Positions 23,919 to 36,700 are shown, numbered from the stretch's first letter. The stretch: 64,000 nt of DNA from Puccinia triticina (GCA_026914245.1 CP110439.1:3534001-3598000); one strand, 5' to 3'. Notes: generated by a model from the letters alone, not told the origin. Program-made: numbers and translations.

Positions 23919-25101
23919 CAGAGGTGACTGCCGGGGCAAGCAGGTGATGACGATACCACTCGGCTTGCTCGTGTGTTTGGAGGTGGCCAGGCGAGCAGGT
24001 GATGAAGGGGCCAGATGCGTGCCGGTCCAAGGTGAGGATGGGTGTTTGGGGGCTTCTCCTCTGGCAGGTGATCGGATGCCAGTCCGTTTCCATTGCTGAG
24101 CCACCAGTAAATTTTGCTGGTGGGTCTTTTCTGGTGAGTTAAAATTGAGTTAAAATTTTAAGTGCGCAGCGTGCGCAACTCTCCTGGTGGGGTGGTTAAA
24201 AATTTCTGGTGAAATCCAATCGTGAACCCCCCTATTGATGAAGAATACTTCATGAGAATATTCCAAGTTGATAAAGGTGATAAGAAACTTTGAATAAACT
24301 TGAAACCTCACCTATTGTTTAAATTTTCTAGAACAAGAAGTGAAATCAAAGGAAGGTTCAAAGATTCTTATCAAAACCATTATTTGTCAAAAAAGATAAA
24401 GCAAAAAAATCAAGAAGATGGAACCAGTTGGCCACATGCATGAGAAACCTTGGCTGAAACAATGATGGGAAAAATGGTTGTGTCAAGTGAAAAATTGGAT
24501 GAACATTAATGAAGTTTAACTCAAGTTCAGAGTATATTCACTACAAGAAAACCTCTAGAAGCTGCCAGAAGTTGAATGTGGCATACTCCAGTGTAACTGC
24601 CATTTTACCTCCACATGATTTGATCATACTCATTCATGCACCATCACTGTGCAATGTGCAAAGTAACTGTGCATTGAAGCTTGATTGAAATAACCATTGG
24701 CAGAGGCTGGAGTACATATCACCCCAAGATTTCTTTGAGTTTCTGAATGGCAACTACCCCATTTATGTTGGAGTTCACAGTCATGTACACCAATATGTTG
24801 GTGACATGCAGTAAATCGTTGGGGTGCACTTAGGCCAACCCTGGAGATGCTCTTATTATGGTTTAGGAGAGCTGATCAAAAAGTGAATCCACTTCTGGCG
24901 TGTTGATGGGCTGTGGATACTCTGGCGGTGTGGTCAGAACTGAGCAACTGTGATTGGTCAGCAGTTGGAATGCCAGTGCTGTGGCTCGAGCCTCAGAACC
25001 AGCGGTCTGGACTCTGCACCGACAACCCTCCACTCATACCAGCACCCACCATCATCGACAGCTACTACCTCACACTAACAGCCACCTATCCAGCAGACTC
25101 G

Positions 25102-26001
25102 ATGTCAGTCTCCCTACCCAGCAGCTTCATCCGGAAACTCGCACAGGCATCATCATCATCCTCACCATTGCCCGCCTCGATCAGCCGAACGGCCACGAGG
25201 TCGCTCAGATGTTCAGCCTTCATTCACCACCAAAGCCCTTCCACCATCTCTCCGCAGGAAACAATCAGCAGATCTATCAACCAAGCCAGCTATCGACTGT
25301 CTCCCTCACAGCCCAGCAAACTACCTCCCTCACAGCCCACCAATGTACCAGCTTCACCAATCAAACGAACTCCCCGGGCGACCAAACCAACCAAGCAAGT
25401 CATTAACCTGGTCAGTGACAGCCTCGCACCCCCCACACTCGCAGGTTTTTGTGTTTTCAAACTTTTTAACCTCGCTTGCACCTTTGAATCGTTTGTTTTC
25501 TAGACTCCTAGGGCGATTGATCACCTCTCGACTCTGCTAGACGGGCCCAATCCGAAGTTGATCCGGATTGGGGTGAAGAACAAAGGCTGTGCTGGGATGG
25601 CATACAACCTAGACTATGTAGACCAGGTACGCGCCAGACTGATGTCTCTCCTTGGGTAGGGTTGGGTCGGTAGTTTTGCTGACTCGATTGTTCTTCTGTC
25701 TCATTCCCCCATGTCCAGCCGGGGAAGTTTGATGAAGTCGTGGTGACTAAAAACCAGGCCGGACAGGAAATCAAAGTCTTAATCGACTCACGCGCTTTGT
25801 TTAGCATCATCGGAAGCACCATGGACTGGCAGGAGAGTAAATTGGGCAACAAATTTGTCTTTGACAGTCAGTCTTTTGTCTTTTTTTCTAACCAAAAAAC
25901 CTGCCCACCAACTTCGTTTCTCGGCGGAAATCTTGCTTTTGTTTTTGGTAGATCCAAATATCAAAGAAGAATGTGGCTGTGGTGAAAGCTTCTTAGTCTG
26001 A
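25102..26001 (+). CDS. ISA1: Mitochondrial A-type iron-sulfur cluster assembly protein Isa1; exons 25102-25410, 25504-25626, 25719-25866, 25952-26001
   Basis: Spliced product has a Ser/Arg-rich presequence, KLIRIGVKNKGCAGMAY, VLIDSRALFSIIGS and FVFDNPNIKEECGCGESF. Splice phases are consistent. Confidence 0.93.
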
Positions 26002-26339
26002 ATTAGGGTAGGCCCCCGTTCCCGGCCTCTCCGGGTATACCCGCGGTCCGGCCCGCGGATATAGGACTCGGGGACGCCTCTTTGTCTGGACCGCACCCGC
26101 CCTACCCGGCGGGTACGGTCCACGGGCGCCCTCAGAGATACCCGAGGCTAAATCGGGTATAGCACATTGGTCAGGAGGGCACTCTCACTTATCCGCATGA
26201 AAGAAATACAGAAAGGGTGTAGGCATCGTAGTCCTTAATTTGAATGTCAAGCGTTCATAATAGATTGTTGTAACTGCTATGAGGTGAATGTCATCGACTA
26301 AATTGTACTTCCAGTCGGGTCTCTTTGCAAAATCTGATT

Positions 26340-26700
26340 GCACAGCACCAGGAAAAATAAATTGTCACCAGACATCAGGTGACATCAAGTAAAAATGGCT
26401 GCTACTTTGTTCCTCCTCTGGTACTACAACAACTAGGCCACAATGGCCCCTTTGTTTCCTACAGAGAGCTGTCCATTTGCCCAGCTGTGCAAATGGTGCG
26501 GAGCTCATTGGACTTGGGCTGATGTCACCTGTAGTCTAGTGAAAGTATATTTTTCCTGGTGCAGGGTGCTTTTATTCTTAGTAGTTACTTGGCATTGTAC
26601 CTTTTTGCCATCCTCAGCAACCTTGAAGTGCACCCAAACCCAACTTCTCTGCAGTGAGGAAGCGGTGGTTTCCAAATCACAATTCAGCACTCCATGAAAT
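26340..26700 (-). mobile_element. hAT-like remnant (BED zinc-finger start)
   Basis: RSWVWVHFK...KVQCQV. Internal inverted duplication and a second copy at about 13170-13295. Confidence 0.5.
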
Positions 26701-26824
26701 GGAGTACATAAATCAGAACTCTATCTCACCAATCTTGGAAGTTTCCTTTTGCTAGGGTGGAGCTTAAAGAGCAGAAGGTTTTTCATGAGAAGAAGAAAAA
26801 ACAAGCAAGGAAACAATATTTAAG

Positions 26825-29780
26825 CTATTTTGAATTTTTGTAGAGAGTCTGGCCATCTTTGAGATGGTTTGACCAGCCTTTAGCGCTTTTAGAAGTTAAC
26901 CGGGGGGCTAAAATTGGAGGAGGAATGGGCCAGGCACCATTCTTCTCCTCAACATGGGCCAAAACCCAATGATTCCCTCTTGCGTGTACCAGGTAAATTG
27001 GGTCAGTTCTAGTACCCTCTTCCTTTGTACCTAATTGGAGGGGCAGAAAAGTACTAGAACAATCCTGAAAAAGAAAGGCAATTGGTTGTGCATAAGAATT
27101 TGAAAGAATCTGGCCATGTGCCATTTTCCCCATCCATTTTTCCGGCGGGGGAACAATCCAGGATTGATTGCTTTTGACCTTGAGACCTTTGATGATTTCA
27201 GACAGAGACCAATCACCACTGTGCAGCTTGGAGTATGTCACTGGATTGGCTGCAATTTCTTCTAAAATCTTGTTCCTGACTCTGCGCCATCCAACTTTGT
27301 TGTAATCAAGAGCTTTGGAAATGCAGGAAAACCTGCAATTGCCATTGGAAGCAGGATTGTAAATGCTTGTGATGTACTGACACAAGTTAACCGGAATGTG
27401 AGGGATGTATGTTGCCTAAATAAGAAAGATTCACGAGTTCAGGTCTTTTGTTAGTATAAAGTGACACAAGAGAAAACAAAAGACCTTGGAATCAACTTCC
27501 ACTGTGTCTTGAAATTCACCAACAGATATTTCTCCTTTGCCTTTGCTGTCTTGATATTTGCCAACAGATGCTTCTCAATTGCCTTTGCTTTCATCTTCAT
27601 TCTCCAATCCAGAATTCAAATTGCCCTTGTATTTGGATTGACTGCCTTCAGAATTCTCATTTTCACAATCAATTTTTATTGCTTCTGAATTGTTTTCTGA
27701 ATCACTTTTTTGGCTTTGGAGTAGTTGTTTTCACCGTTGTTGATTTTGATCCTCTTTGATTGTCTTTTTGGAGCATTGAGGGCTCTTTTTGTGGCCAACT
27801 GAGCATTTTTTCAGCTTTGCTTTGATGATCTCAAATGCCAATGCATTTTGTTTGGTTGATTTGGAATGCATAAGTGACAGCCTCCCTTTGCATTTCATTT
27901 TAACTTCAGGTGCTGGAATTGGGACTGCAACATGATTTCCAGCAGCAATTTGATTAATTGTCTGCAGAATACAAGTAAGGTTGGTCATCTTTTCTTGAGA
28001 GAGGGCTACAGTCAGCTTGTTGATCTCTTCATCCAATTCAAAGGTCTCCGAGTTTCTTTTCTGTGAATAGAAGCACAATTGATTGATCAGAAATTTGAAT
28101 TTATAGCCATATTTTGATTAAAAAGATTTTTTTACTGTGATTTTGGGATTATAATTTAATTGCCACTGCTTGTGAAAATTGCCTGGGGACAAAACATCTT
28201 GGATTTCCAACAGTTCCACAAGATTATGCGCGCAAGGGATACCTATGCCAATCAAAAGCGTTTTTGAACACATTTCAGTGGAATCAAGCTTCCCAATTTT
28301 ATCATACTGAAGGAGACACTACTTGATTGCAAATTTCAATATCTTCCAAAGGAGCTGGATGAGGCACTTAGGAATGTTGACCAGGGTTTTGATGGTATCT
28401 TGACCAATTGACATTTGAACATGGTTAATCTGAGCATCAAACACAAGAGATAGAGTATTGAACACTGTAAGTAGATCACCCATAAAATTTGTCACAAATG
28501 TATTCAGATTTGTGTGACCAGATTCAACTCTTGATGTGTTGAGGTTTTGGAGGTGAGGGTGCTGGCAAGCCCAAGCAGCAACAAACAGATCTTTGACCAG
28601 GTTATATTTTGTTCAAGGTAGTCCCACACAGCTGGTTGATTCACCAGAAACTTGTTCAAAGTTTCAATATGTTTTTCATAGATATTGGATGTCTTTGCAT
28701 AGGTTAAATGCTGCCATGGAGACATGAATTTGACCCAGGAATCATCAGGTTTGCTTGCTTTGGACTTTGGAATTTTATTCTCTGCAAGGAAGTACTTCTT
28801 GCAATTGGTTTTTATGTTTTTGTTGATGTACCAAGCACAAAGATTTACTTGAGAATTGGGGAAAACTTCTGACAATGTGTTCCGTAAGGTGTTGTCTCAA
28901 TCGGTGATGAATACCCTTGGAATCCCCAAGGGAAACCACACGTGCTTCAGGAGATTGTTCACAGCCCATTGATAATTCTCTCCATCTTCATAGCGCAAAA
29001 TACAGAAGGCAATAGAGAAAGATTGATTCAATGTGGCCTGGCCAATGACATGGAGCAGATGGAGTTGGTAGCAACTGGTCTTGTATGTAGAATCTAACAT
29101 GGCAACATGATGATTGATGCAAGCAAGGTGAATCCTGGGTGAGCAAAAAAAAAAGGTTCTCAATAGATCTGTTATCATCCACCTTGATGTCCCACGTCCA
29201 GTTTGACTCTTTGAGGACAGACAATAATGCTTTGGTTGGTGATCTACCAGCCAGATCTTCTGTAATGTGTTTGTAACTGTCTTGTTAGTTGCATATGTTT
29301 CATTATCTGATTTTTGAAGTTGCAAGAGTATCTGTGCTGGCTTGAGATTGGATTGCAAAAGCTTTTGCATCTCCTCCAACTGCTCAGGGTGGATTTTTTG
29401 GTGAGCAGTGTGGGCTGTAGGTCTGGGAGATGCTTCATGGTTGTGCTTGGCATGGCGTACCTCCAACAGCCAAGTTTTGCTAGTCAGATCTTTCCTAATG
29501 GGTACTTAGACCTTGAGCTTGAAGGGACAGCTGATCTTCTTGCAGGCTGTTTGGCAACCAGTTTTATTTGATTGGGTTCCACAAACTCCACCTGAATGAT
29601 CACAGGATATGTACATGTTTTTCCCAGGGTGAGAGTTTGAGTCTTGACTTGCACACCACGTATCCATGATGTTTTGTCCAGGTTTGACAGAAGGAACACA
29701 ATTCTTTCATTGAATCAAAATGGTGTGAAGGGGGCGGAGCAAGTGGTTCTGAAACATCCAACCATTCAAACAAAGAAAGT
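26825..29780 (-). mobile_element. Degenerate Mutator/MULE element (transposase plus OTU-like protease domain)
   Basis: HNH, LDSTYKT, SFSIAFC, PRVFITD, VFP...LCAWYI.KNI (MULE); NGNCRF...GNHW (OTU-like). Many stops and frameshifts. Confidence 0.85.
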
Positions 29781-29798
29781 AAGGCCCCGTTTGGACGC

Positions 29799-30761
29799 TG
29801 TGGAACTACTCAAAGGGGAGAATAGAGCTTGGAAGGGAAATGGATAGCAACACTAGTACTAATGTAAGCTAAGCAAGGGTGCTGAAGAGGCTGCCTTCCT
29901 GACTAATGCTGAGGGGATGAGAGTAACACTAAGAAAAAGAAGAAAGGGTGTGGCTGATTTCTGCTTGATCTTAGGAGCTAGTACTATGAGCTTAACTACT
30001 GACTACTGAGGGTAAGAGAGTTGGAGTAATGGTTGAAAGGGGGGGAAAGCAATGGGCAATGGTTCAATGGCAATGGGTTGATGAGAATGGGCACTTATAA
30101 TTTCTGTATCTAAAATTATATATAAATTCTGCATGAGGTACAAGTGAGGGTGGAAAGACAGTTCTTATATGAAGGAAGGATGAGCACAGACAATGAGGAG
30201 TTCTGGCTATGAGAATGAAGGTTGTACAAATGAGGAAAAGTGATGTGAACATAGTAACAGTATGTAATGATGAGCAATGCTGAAAGGGGAATGCTGGTTA
30301 TGGGAATAAAAGAATGTACTAATGGGGAAGAGTGATGAGAACATAGTAACTACTTGTAATGATGAGCACTACTGAAAGAGGTAAGCACAGATCCAATAAT
30401 GTAAGGTGTACAATAGGCATAGTACATAATAAGAAATGTATGTAAAGAGTTTAGTATGTGAGAATAAATATGTAAAAGGAATTTACTGTAATGATTCAAG
30501 TAGGTTACTAATGAAATGAGTATTGTAACTAATGAAGAATGTAGGTTGTCTGTAAGTCTTATATCCTTTATAACTACTGAACCATTGAAGATAAGGGGGT
30601 ACTATGTATGAGTGACTATAGGTGAAATTTGGCGTAGAATCTGAATATGCAATAATAATGAGGTATTTGTGAAGGGTTATGGGGAAATGGGCAATGTAAT
30701 GATGAATATATGTAAAGAAAAGCAATAAAATACTACTTATGGTTTGGAATGGAGCACCACA
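29799..30761 (-). repeat. 3' LTR (963 bp)
   Basis: Homologous to 39528-40558, adjacent to the PPT. Confidence 0.93.
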
Positions 30762-30829
30762 TCCTCCCCCAACTTATTGTCTGTCCCCAGGCAATGCACC
30801 AAAGAGAAGAGTGATCCAGAAAGAGTTGA

Positions 30830-31085
30830 AGAATGTTGAGTCCAAGATTCCAAAGTCCAAAGTCCAGTGTTCTTCCTCCAAAAGGTGAAATCCAAAGTCC
30901 TGAGTAGCAATCCAAATCCAGAGTCCAGTGTCCAAAACCAATAGAATCCAAGTGTAAGCCAAGTCCAGTATATCTGAGTCCAAGGTATCCAAGTCCAATC
31001 CAAAGTCCAATAGTCCTATGTATCCAGAGTATCCATAGTCCAGTATCCAATCCAAAGAGTCCAGTATCCAAAAGAAGGTCCAATT
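30830..31085. repeat. Degenerate short tandem repeats in the gypsy 3' UTR
   Basis: Iterated TCCAAAG / AGTCCAGT / ATCCA units. Confidence 0.7.
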
Positions 31086-31383
31086 ATCAATGAGGGGTGA
31101 ATGTTTAAGAAGATCTAACTCTGCTGAAGGCAATATCCTTGAGACAGACACATATTAGACTAATTTCCACTCTGAAGAATACAATAATTTTCCCGCCTAA
31201 CTGAGGCTAAGGAAGAGCAATGCAATGATGATGATGATTGATGGGATTGATAATTGTAGTTTCTGAAGGTTTGTGAATGATTTGAGGTTGAATAACTGAG
31301 TTTCTGAGTGTCTGAATATATAATGTAGAGTCCTTTGAAGAGAATTTGAAGTCCAGGGAGGTTGATAAGCTGTCCAAGGAATG

Positions 31384-31678
31384 TTATTGATCCAATTGGG
31401 TGGTTTCTGAAATTGTCCCAGCAGTAGCTAGAAGTTCAACTAAACTCTTAACAGACCTAGATAAATCAAAAGGGATGAATGAATTATCTAAAAGCCATAC
31501 GCCAGTACTGCTAGTTTTCCTAATTAATCCTCTATGTGCATCATAAGTAATTAGCTGGCACCTCCTGATGGTGTGACCATTCTGAAAGCAATATAAACAT
31601 CTATACTTCCTGTGTTGAGAGGGGGTTGGATAAGGCTGAATCCCAGGAATGGAATCCGTGGTGGAAGTAACCATAATG
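31384..31678 (-). CDS. Small ORF with a CCHC zinc knuckle homologous to the element's Gag nucleocapsid region
   Basis: RCLYCFQNGHTIRRCQLITYD...LLDNSFIPFDLSRSVKSLVE aligns with Gag KCYYCHQETHGTNSCSQLAQD...LPDKSVIPWIPSRPIRTPVE. Confidence 0.65.
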
Positions 31679-32801
31679 GTGGAGAAGAAAGATTTAGAAT
31701 ATGAATGATTGATTGTGATGATAATCATGATGATGCCGGAATTCCCCCCCAATGACTGGATGAATGCTCCCGGAAAGATGATCCATTATTTCTCTTCATT
31801 TTGTCCAGACGGGGAATGGAACATGTGTCCCTGCGCGTGTAATGTCGAAAGAGGGGTCCTGTTATCTGAGCGGGGGCTCCATACGGAAAGCGCGCGTGCG
31901 GAACGCCAACAAAAAGGAAAGAAATGGTTGACCTGTATCTTCGGAACGGCTCGATGAAAATCCTCGAAACCCAGTTCATTCGAAAGAGCCGATTCTGCAG
32001 ATTAAAATGGTATATACTGATTATTTTTAAGGGTTGATTATCGGTTGTGTAGGGCCGATTAAAGATCCAAGCAAAACCCGCGGGCGCGCGTAGTAGTAAC
32101 ACCGCGTAAATGTAAGGTAATATGTTTTCGGGTATAACTTGGGTTTTCGTCGATGAAACGTTCTGATTTAAGGCTCATTAGAAAGGCAAGAAGGAGGAGA
32201 TGAATGGACAACCGAGCAATATTAAAGATTACTTCGGCCGATGGGCCGCCGTGGACGCTGAATGAAAGCCGTAAATGAGGCCGCGTAAATCCTAACAAAG
32301 CTTCGAGCACTTATAATTCCAAAACCGCTCGATAGAATCGGCTAAAACCAAGTTCAAACGAAAGCCAAGATCGGAAAGATGAAACTTAAAAGGTGTAATA
32401 TGTATTTTGAGGCCAGCCGAATCGTTATTGAAACGCTCCAAAGTTTCATTACGGTTTCCGCGGTTTCCACCGCAAAGAAGTTGAAATCCAAGGGATACAT
32501 AATGAAATAAACCAAAGGTACCGCCGAGGGACTGCCCAAATGGACTCCTGCGTCTGAAGAGGGTGTTTAGATGAAATGATCGCAGTATTTACGCGCCAGG
32601 AGATATTGGAAAAGGGTAGATTAAACTGGGTCGAACACCAGAGTCAAAAAAATTAAGAAAATGAAAGAGAATCCGCGCCAAACGATTCTGAGCGGTGAAG
32701 GCATCCAAAGTGACTTCATAATATGAATAAGAAGCGGTATCTATAAGGCCCCAGGTCGTCGGCCAACGGAACAATCCCATTATTGCGCTACAATATCCGT
32801 A

Positions 32802-33679
32802 ATGTTTGCCTCCAGCGCCACTTCCACGCCCTCATCGCCGAAAGATATCATTGAAAACTCGATAGATTATTCGTCCAATACGTCCATATCATCTTCGCAG
32901 CTTGACAAAGAGGCCGTCATTAGACCTTCCTACGAAATCCCCTTTTCTATTCGCAGAGCGCACTCGTTCGTCGACAACATTCACGCGTACAACGCCGGTA
33001 TGAGAGATTCTTTTAAACCCGAAGAAGTCGATGCCTTGCGCCGCTATATCCAACAAGGACTCCTTGCCTTTGCTCGTGAGGACCTCGACGACCCAGTTAC
33101 CGCACGAAACGCCCGTCTTAAGTTGTATAGCCGGTTCCACGACGCTTTTGCACATGTATGTTGACTGGATTCTGTATGTATATGATGAAATTTTTAAAAG
33201 AGAGAGTTGATTATAATACTAATATTTCTACCCCCTGTTTCTATTTTGATTTTTAGATGGATACTCATTCCATAATAGATGCCATGATAGAGGAAACTGA
33301 GGAGAGGAATGCCCGGGAATTATTAAGGATGAGGGACCAAGTGGAAGAGGAGGAAGATGGTTGGAGAGTAGAAGCAGAAATGGAGAGGATAAGAGCTGAG
33401 GGTAAGTTCTAATATATTCTATTTTTATTCTTTATTGAGGACTTTTACTAATGTTATGCTTTAATTTTCTTTTTATGTCTTTTGATTTCTATTTTTTTTT
33501 TTTTTTTTAGATAAGGAGAAGGGAAAAGAGAAGGAGAGGGAGAAAAGTGAAATGGAAGAGGGTGATGTAGTGATAAAAGAAGAAGAGGTGAGCTTTTGAT
33601 TTTATAATTAGTTATTTTATTTGAGAGTGTTTGAAAATGATTTTTATTGATTTTATTTCTGATTTGTTTATAGATTTGA
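32802..33679 (+). CDS. Antisense four-exon accessory gene inside the gypsy (193 aa, acidic coiled-coil C-half); exons 32802-33155, 33257-33401, 33511-33587, 33674-33679
   Basis: Donors GTATGT, GTAAGT and GTGAGC; CTAAT/CTGAT branch sites; T-rich TAG acceptors. The frame is preserved across all junctions. Confidence 0.75.
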
Positions 33680-33766
33680 TTTTATTTTGTTTTTATGTTA
33701 TTGTGTAAGAAGATGAGAAAGAGAAAAGAGAAGAGAAATGAATTGATTATTCCTTATTTATTTTTT

Positions 33767-36700
33767 TCACCTGGAGTGGTATTCCTTGACATGAGTTGCA
33801 GCAAACCTTCTGGCCAATTCTGTGCCATCCAATTCTTCCAAGATGTAAGATCCTCCTGGGTTTTGAGCTTTGATCCTGTAAGGGCCATTCCATTTATTTT
33901 CAAAGAGCTTGCCAAACTGAGAGTCCAAAGATTTATTATACACTACTACTAATTGACCTTTCTTTAGTGGCTGCCTTGATGTTTTCTTCTTGTTCCAATA
34001 ATCCACAGAGTTTTTCCTGGAATCCATAAGCTGCTGGTGTGCTTGCTGCAAGATGGTATCCCTGTTTTCAAGCTGCTGAGTCCTAGCCAATAAAAGATCC
34101 TGAGTTGATTCTACCTTTGACCAATCCACTCCAAAGAAGGTTTCCAATTCTAAATCAATGGGTAAGATGGGGGGCTGTCCAAGAACTAGCTCATAAGGTG
34201 AGTAACCAGTTGATCTCTTGGTGGAAATTCTGTCTGCAAATAAAACTAAAGGTAAATAATTCCTCCACTTCTTGCCTTCTTTTCCACAGAGCTTGACCAA
34301 GGTATCCTTAATTGCCTGATGTCCTCTTTCTACCATACCATTTGCTTCAGGATAATAAGGGGTGGTGACTTTGATTTTGATTCCAGATTCCAGAAGGGAT
34401 TTTTGAAATTGTTGTCCAAATTCAGAGCCTCCATCCACTGTGACTGACCAAGGGGCTCCATATCTGTAGATCCAGTTGTCCAAGAACCACTGAGAGATTT
34501 TCTTTGCCTGAATCTTTTCTAGTCCAACTGCCTCTACCCATCCAGAAAGGTCATCTCTTGCAATTACCAGGTACTTCCATTTGCCAGCTTTGATGTGAAC
34601 TGTATCCAAACTGACTCTTCCAAAGATGGTTGCTGCTCCTGTAGGTTTCTTGGGTTCCATTGGCAATTTTGAACTCCTCTTCTGGCAAGCTTCACAAGAC
34701 TGGACCCACTTGGTAACACCTCTCTTGAGACCTGGCCACCAAAATCTGAGTTTAATCCTTCTGTAGGTTTCAGCAATACCTCTGTGGCCTAAGGATTCAT
34801 GAAGGGAATTGAGGATGGATTTCTGAGCTGAAGGAGAGGTGACTACTATCTGGGAGAATGGTTTGTTGATCCTGTGCAAGACTTCATTGGAAAGGAAGAA
34901 GTTGGCTGATTTGTGCAAAATTTGCTTGAATTCCAGGCTGCTGCATCCTGGAGGTTTGTTCATGGTTGAAAGGTATTCCTGGAGGTGCTTCCAAATTCCT
35001 TGCTGCAAGTTACTTACCCCCTCCCCCAACTTAGCTGATGTCCCCAGAAGCAGGCCAAAAGAAGAATGTTTAGTTCCAAATCCAGGGTGTGGTTTGATCC
35101 AGGTTTCATCTTCATCAAAGCTAGGACAATCATCTTCATCAGAATCAGGGGGTCTTCTTGAAAGTCCATCAGGTAAGGTGAAAGTTTTTCCAGGAGTGTG
35201 AACAAGGTCATAGGAGAATAACTGAATAAATCCAATCCATCTGTTCATAGGGGCATTGGGAAGTGAAGGGTTGTTGATCATTCCAATAAGGCACTGGGCA
35301 TCCACTCTGAGTTGAAAATGTTGGCCCCACAGTTTGGTTTGAAGTTTCTTGATGATCTTGGCAACACCACAGAGTTCTAATTTGGATTGTGAGTACTTTG
35401 ATTCCCTGGGTGAAAAGACTACTGACTCATATAACACAGGCCTATCCAATCCATCAGAATCCTGTTGAGTAAGAACAGCACCTGCAGCAATAACACTGGA
35501 GTCCACTGAGAGTTTGATTAAGCCAGCATCAGGTCCATAGTCCAGTTTCTTTAGGGTGATATCAGTTCCAACAATCCTTGTAAGGTCCTCAAAGGCATCC
35601 TGGCAATCTTCAGTCCAATCCCAAGAGGAGTCCTTCCTGGTGATTCTTCTGAGTGGAGCAGTGAGGGTTGAGTAATTTTTAATGAACATCCTAACATATA
35701 CACAGATACCTAGGAATCCTCTGACATCTGAAGGAGTGGTGGGAGTTGGCCAGGTTTCAATTTTGTTGAGCTTCTTGATGGATATCCTTCTGCCTTCCTT
35801 ACAAACCACATGGCCAACCAGATCCAGAGCAGGTACACAGCAAGCAAATTTCTTCCCAGAGATGGTGAGTCCAGCTTCTTCAATCCTGAAAAGAATCCTT
35901 TCCAGAGTAATGGCATATTCATAGATAAATCTTCTGATCTGGGGGTTGTCCTTTAGAGTTTCTTCATTGTAGTCAGAGGTTGGTCCTTTTACACCTCCAT
36001 CATCCACAAAGATTCCCATATGTTGAGGTAATTCATCCTGGAGTATCCACATCATTTGGGCCTGGTAAACTGCAACTGAATTGGTGGCTCCTTGGGGTAA
36101 TCTGGTAAGTTGAAATCTTCCAAGGGGTGTTTCAAAGGTGGTCAGAGGTCTGGATTCTGGAGCTAATTCTCTTTCATCATATCCTCCCATAATATCACCT
36201 AGTCCATAGCAAGCCCTTCCAGTGAATGATTCAATGAGTTCCTCTGTCTTTGGTGGTAGTCCAGCGTCCTTAATGGTGACTTTGTTGAGTTTCTGAAGGT
36301 CATGTACAATTCTGAGCTTACCATCCTGCTTCTTTACACAAAATATAGGGCTGGAATAACTGGAAAAGGATTGTTCATAGAGGCCAGTGCTGAGTCTTTC
36401 CCTTACCAATTCTATAACCTGGTCTTTGATGGGTGCAGGGATTGGAATTGGTTTCTGTTGCCAAGGTTCATGGGGAATGACTGGAATAATATAAGGCTGT
36501 CCATAGGTGTGTTTAAGAAGGCCTCTTTCTGTTTCCACAAAAGCCAAAGCACCTTGTCTAATCACAATTACCCATACCAGCAGGAGATATTCTTGAGGAG
36601 AGAGCCATCCAGGAGGTCCAAAGTTGATGAGGTCCAGCCTTCCTTGAGTAATCTTAGAGGTAGGAGTGAATGGTGGAGGAAAAGGGCTCAAAGGAGTGAG

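Larger units (their letters stand above)
19242..24233. mobile_element. PIF/Harbinger-group DNA transposon, Pangu-like (ATT TSD), with three genes
   Basis: 20-bp TIR AGGGGGGTTCACGATTGGAT, ATT at 19239-19241 and 24234-24236, and a DDE_Tnp_4-type transposase. Confidence 0.92.

Noticed and set aside
24690..24860. TGGAGATGCTCT Harbinger-type TIR and CACCCCAA/TTGGGGTG palindromes (similar at 13295-13400)
   Set aside because: Only one terminus is visible, so an element cannot be delimited.
30733..31151. Three overlapping LDTG/WIL-rich ORFs
   Set aside because: They are translation artefacts of the short tandem repeat in the gypsy 3' UTR.
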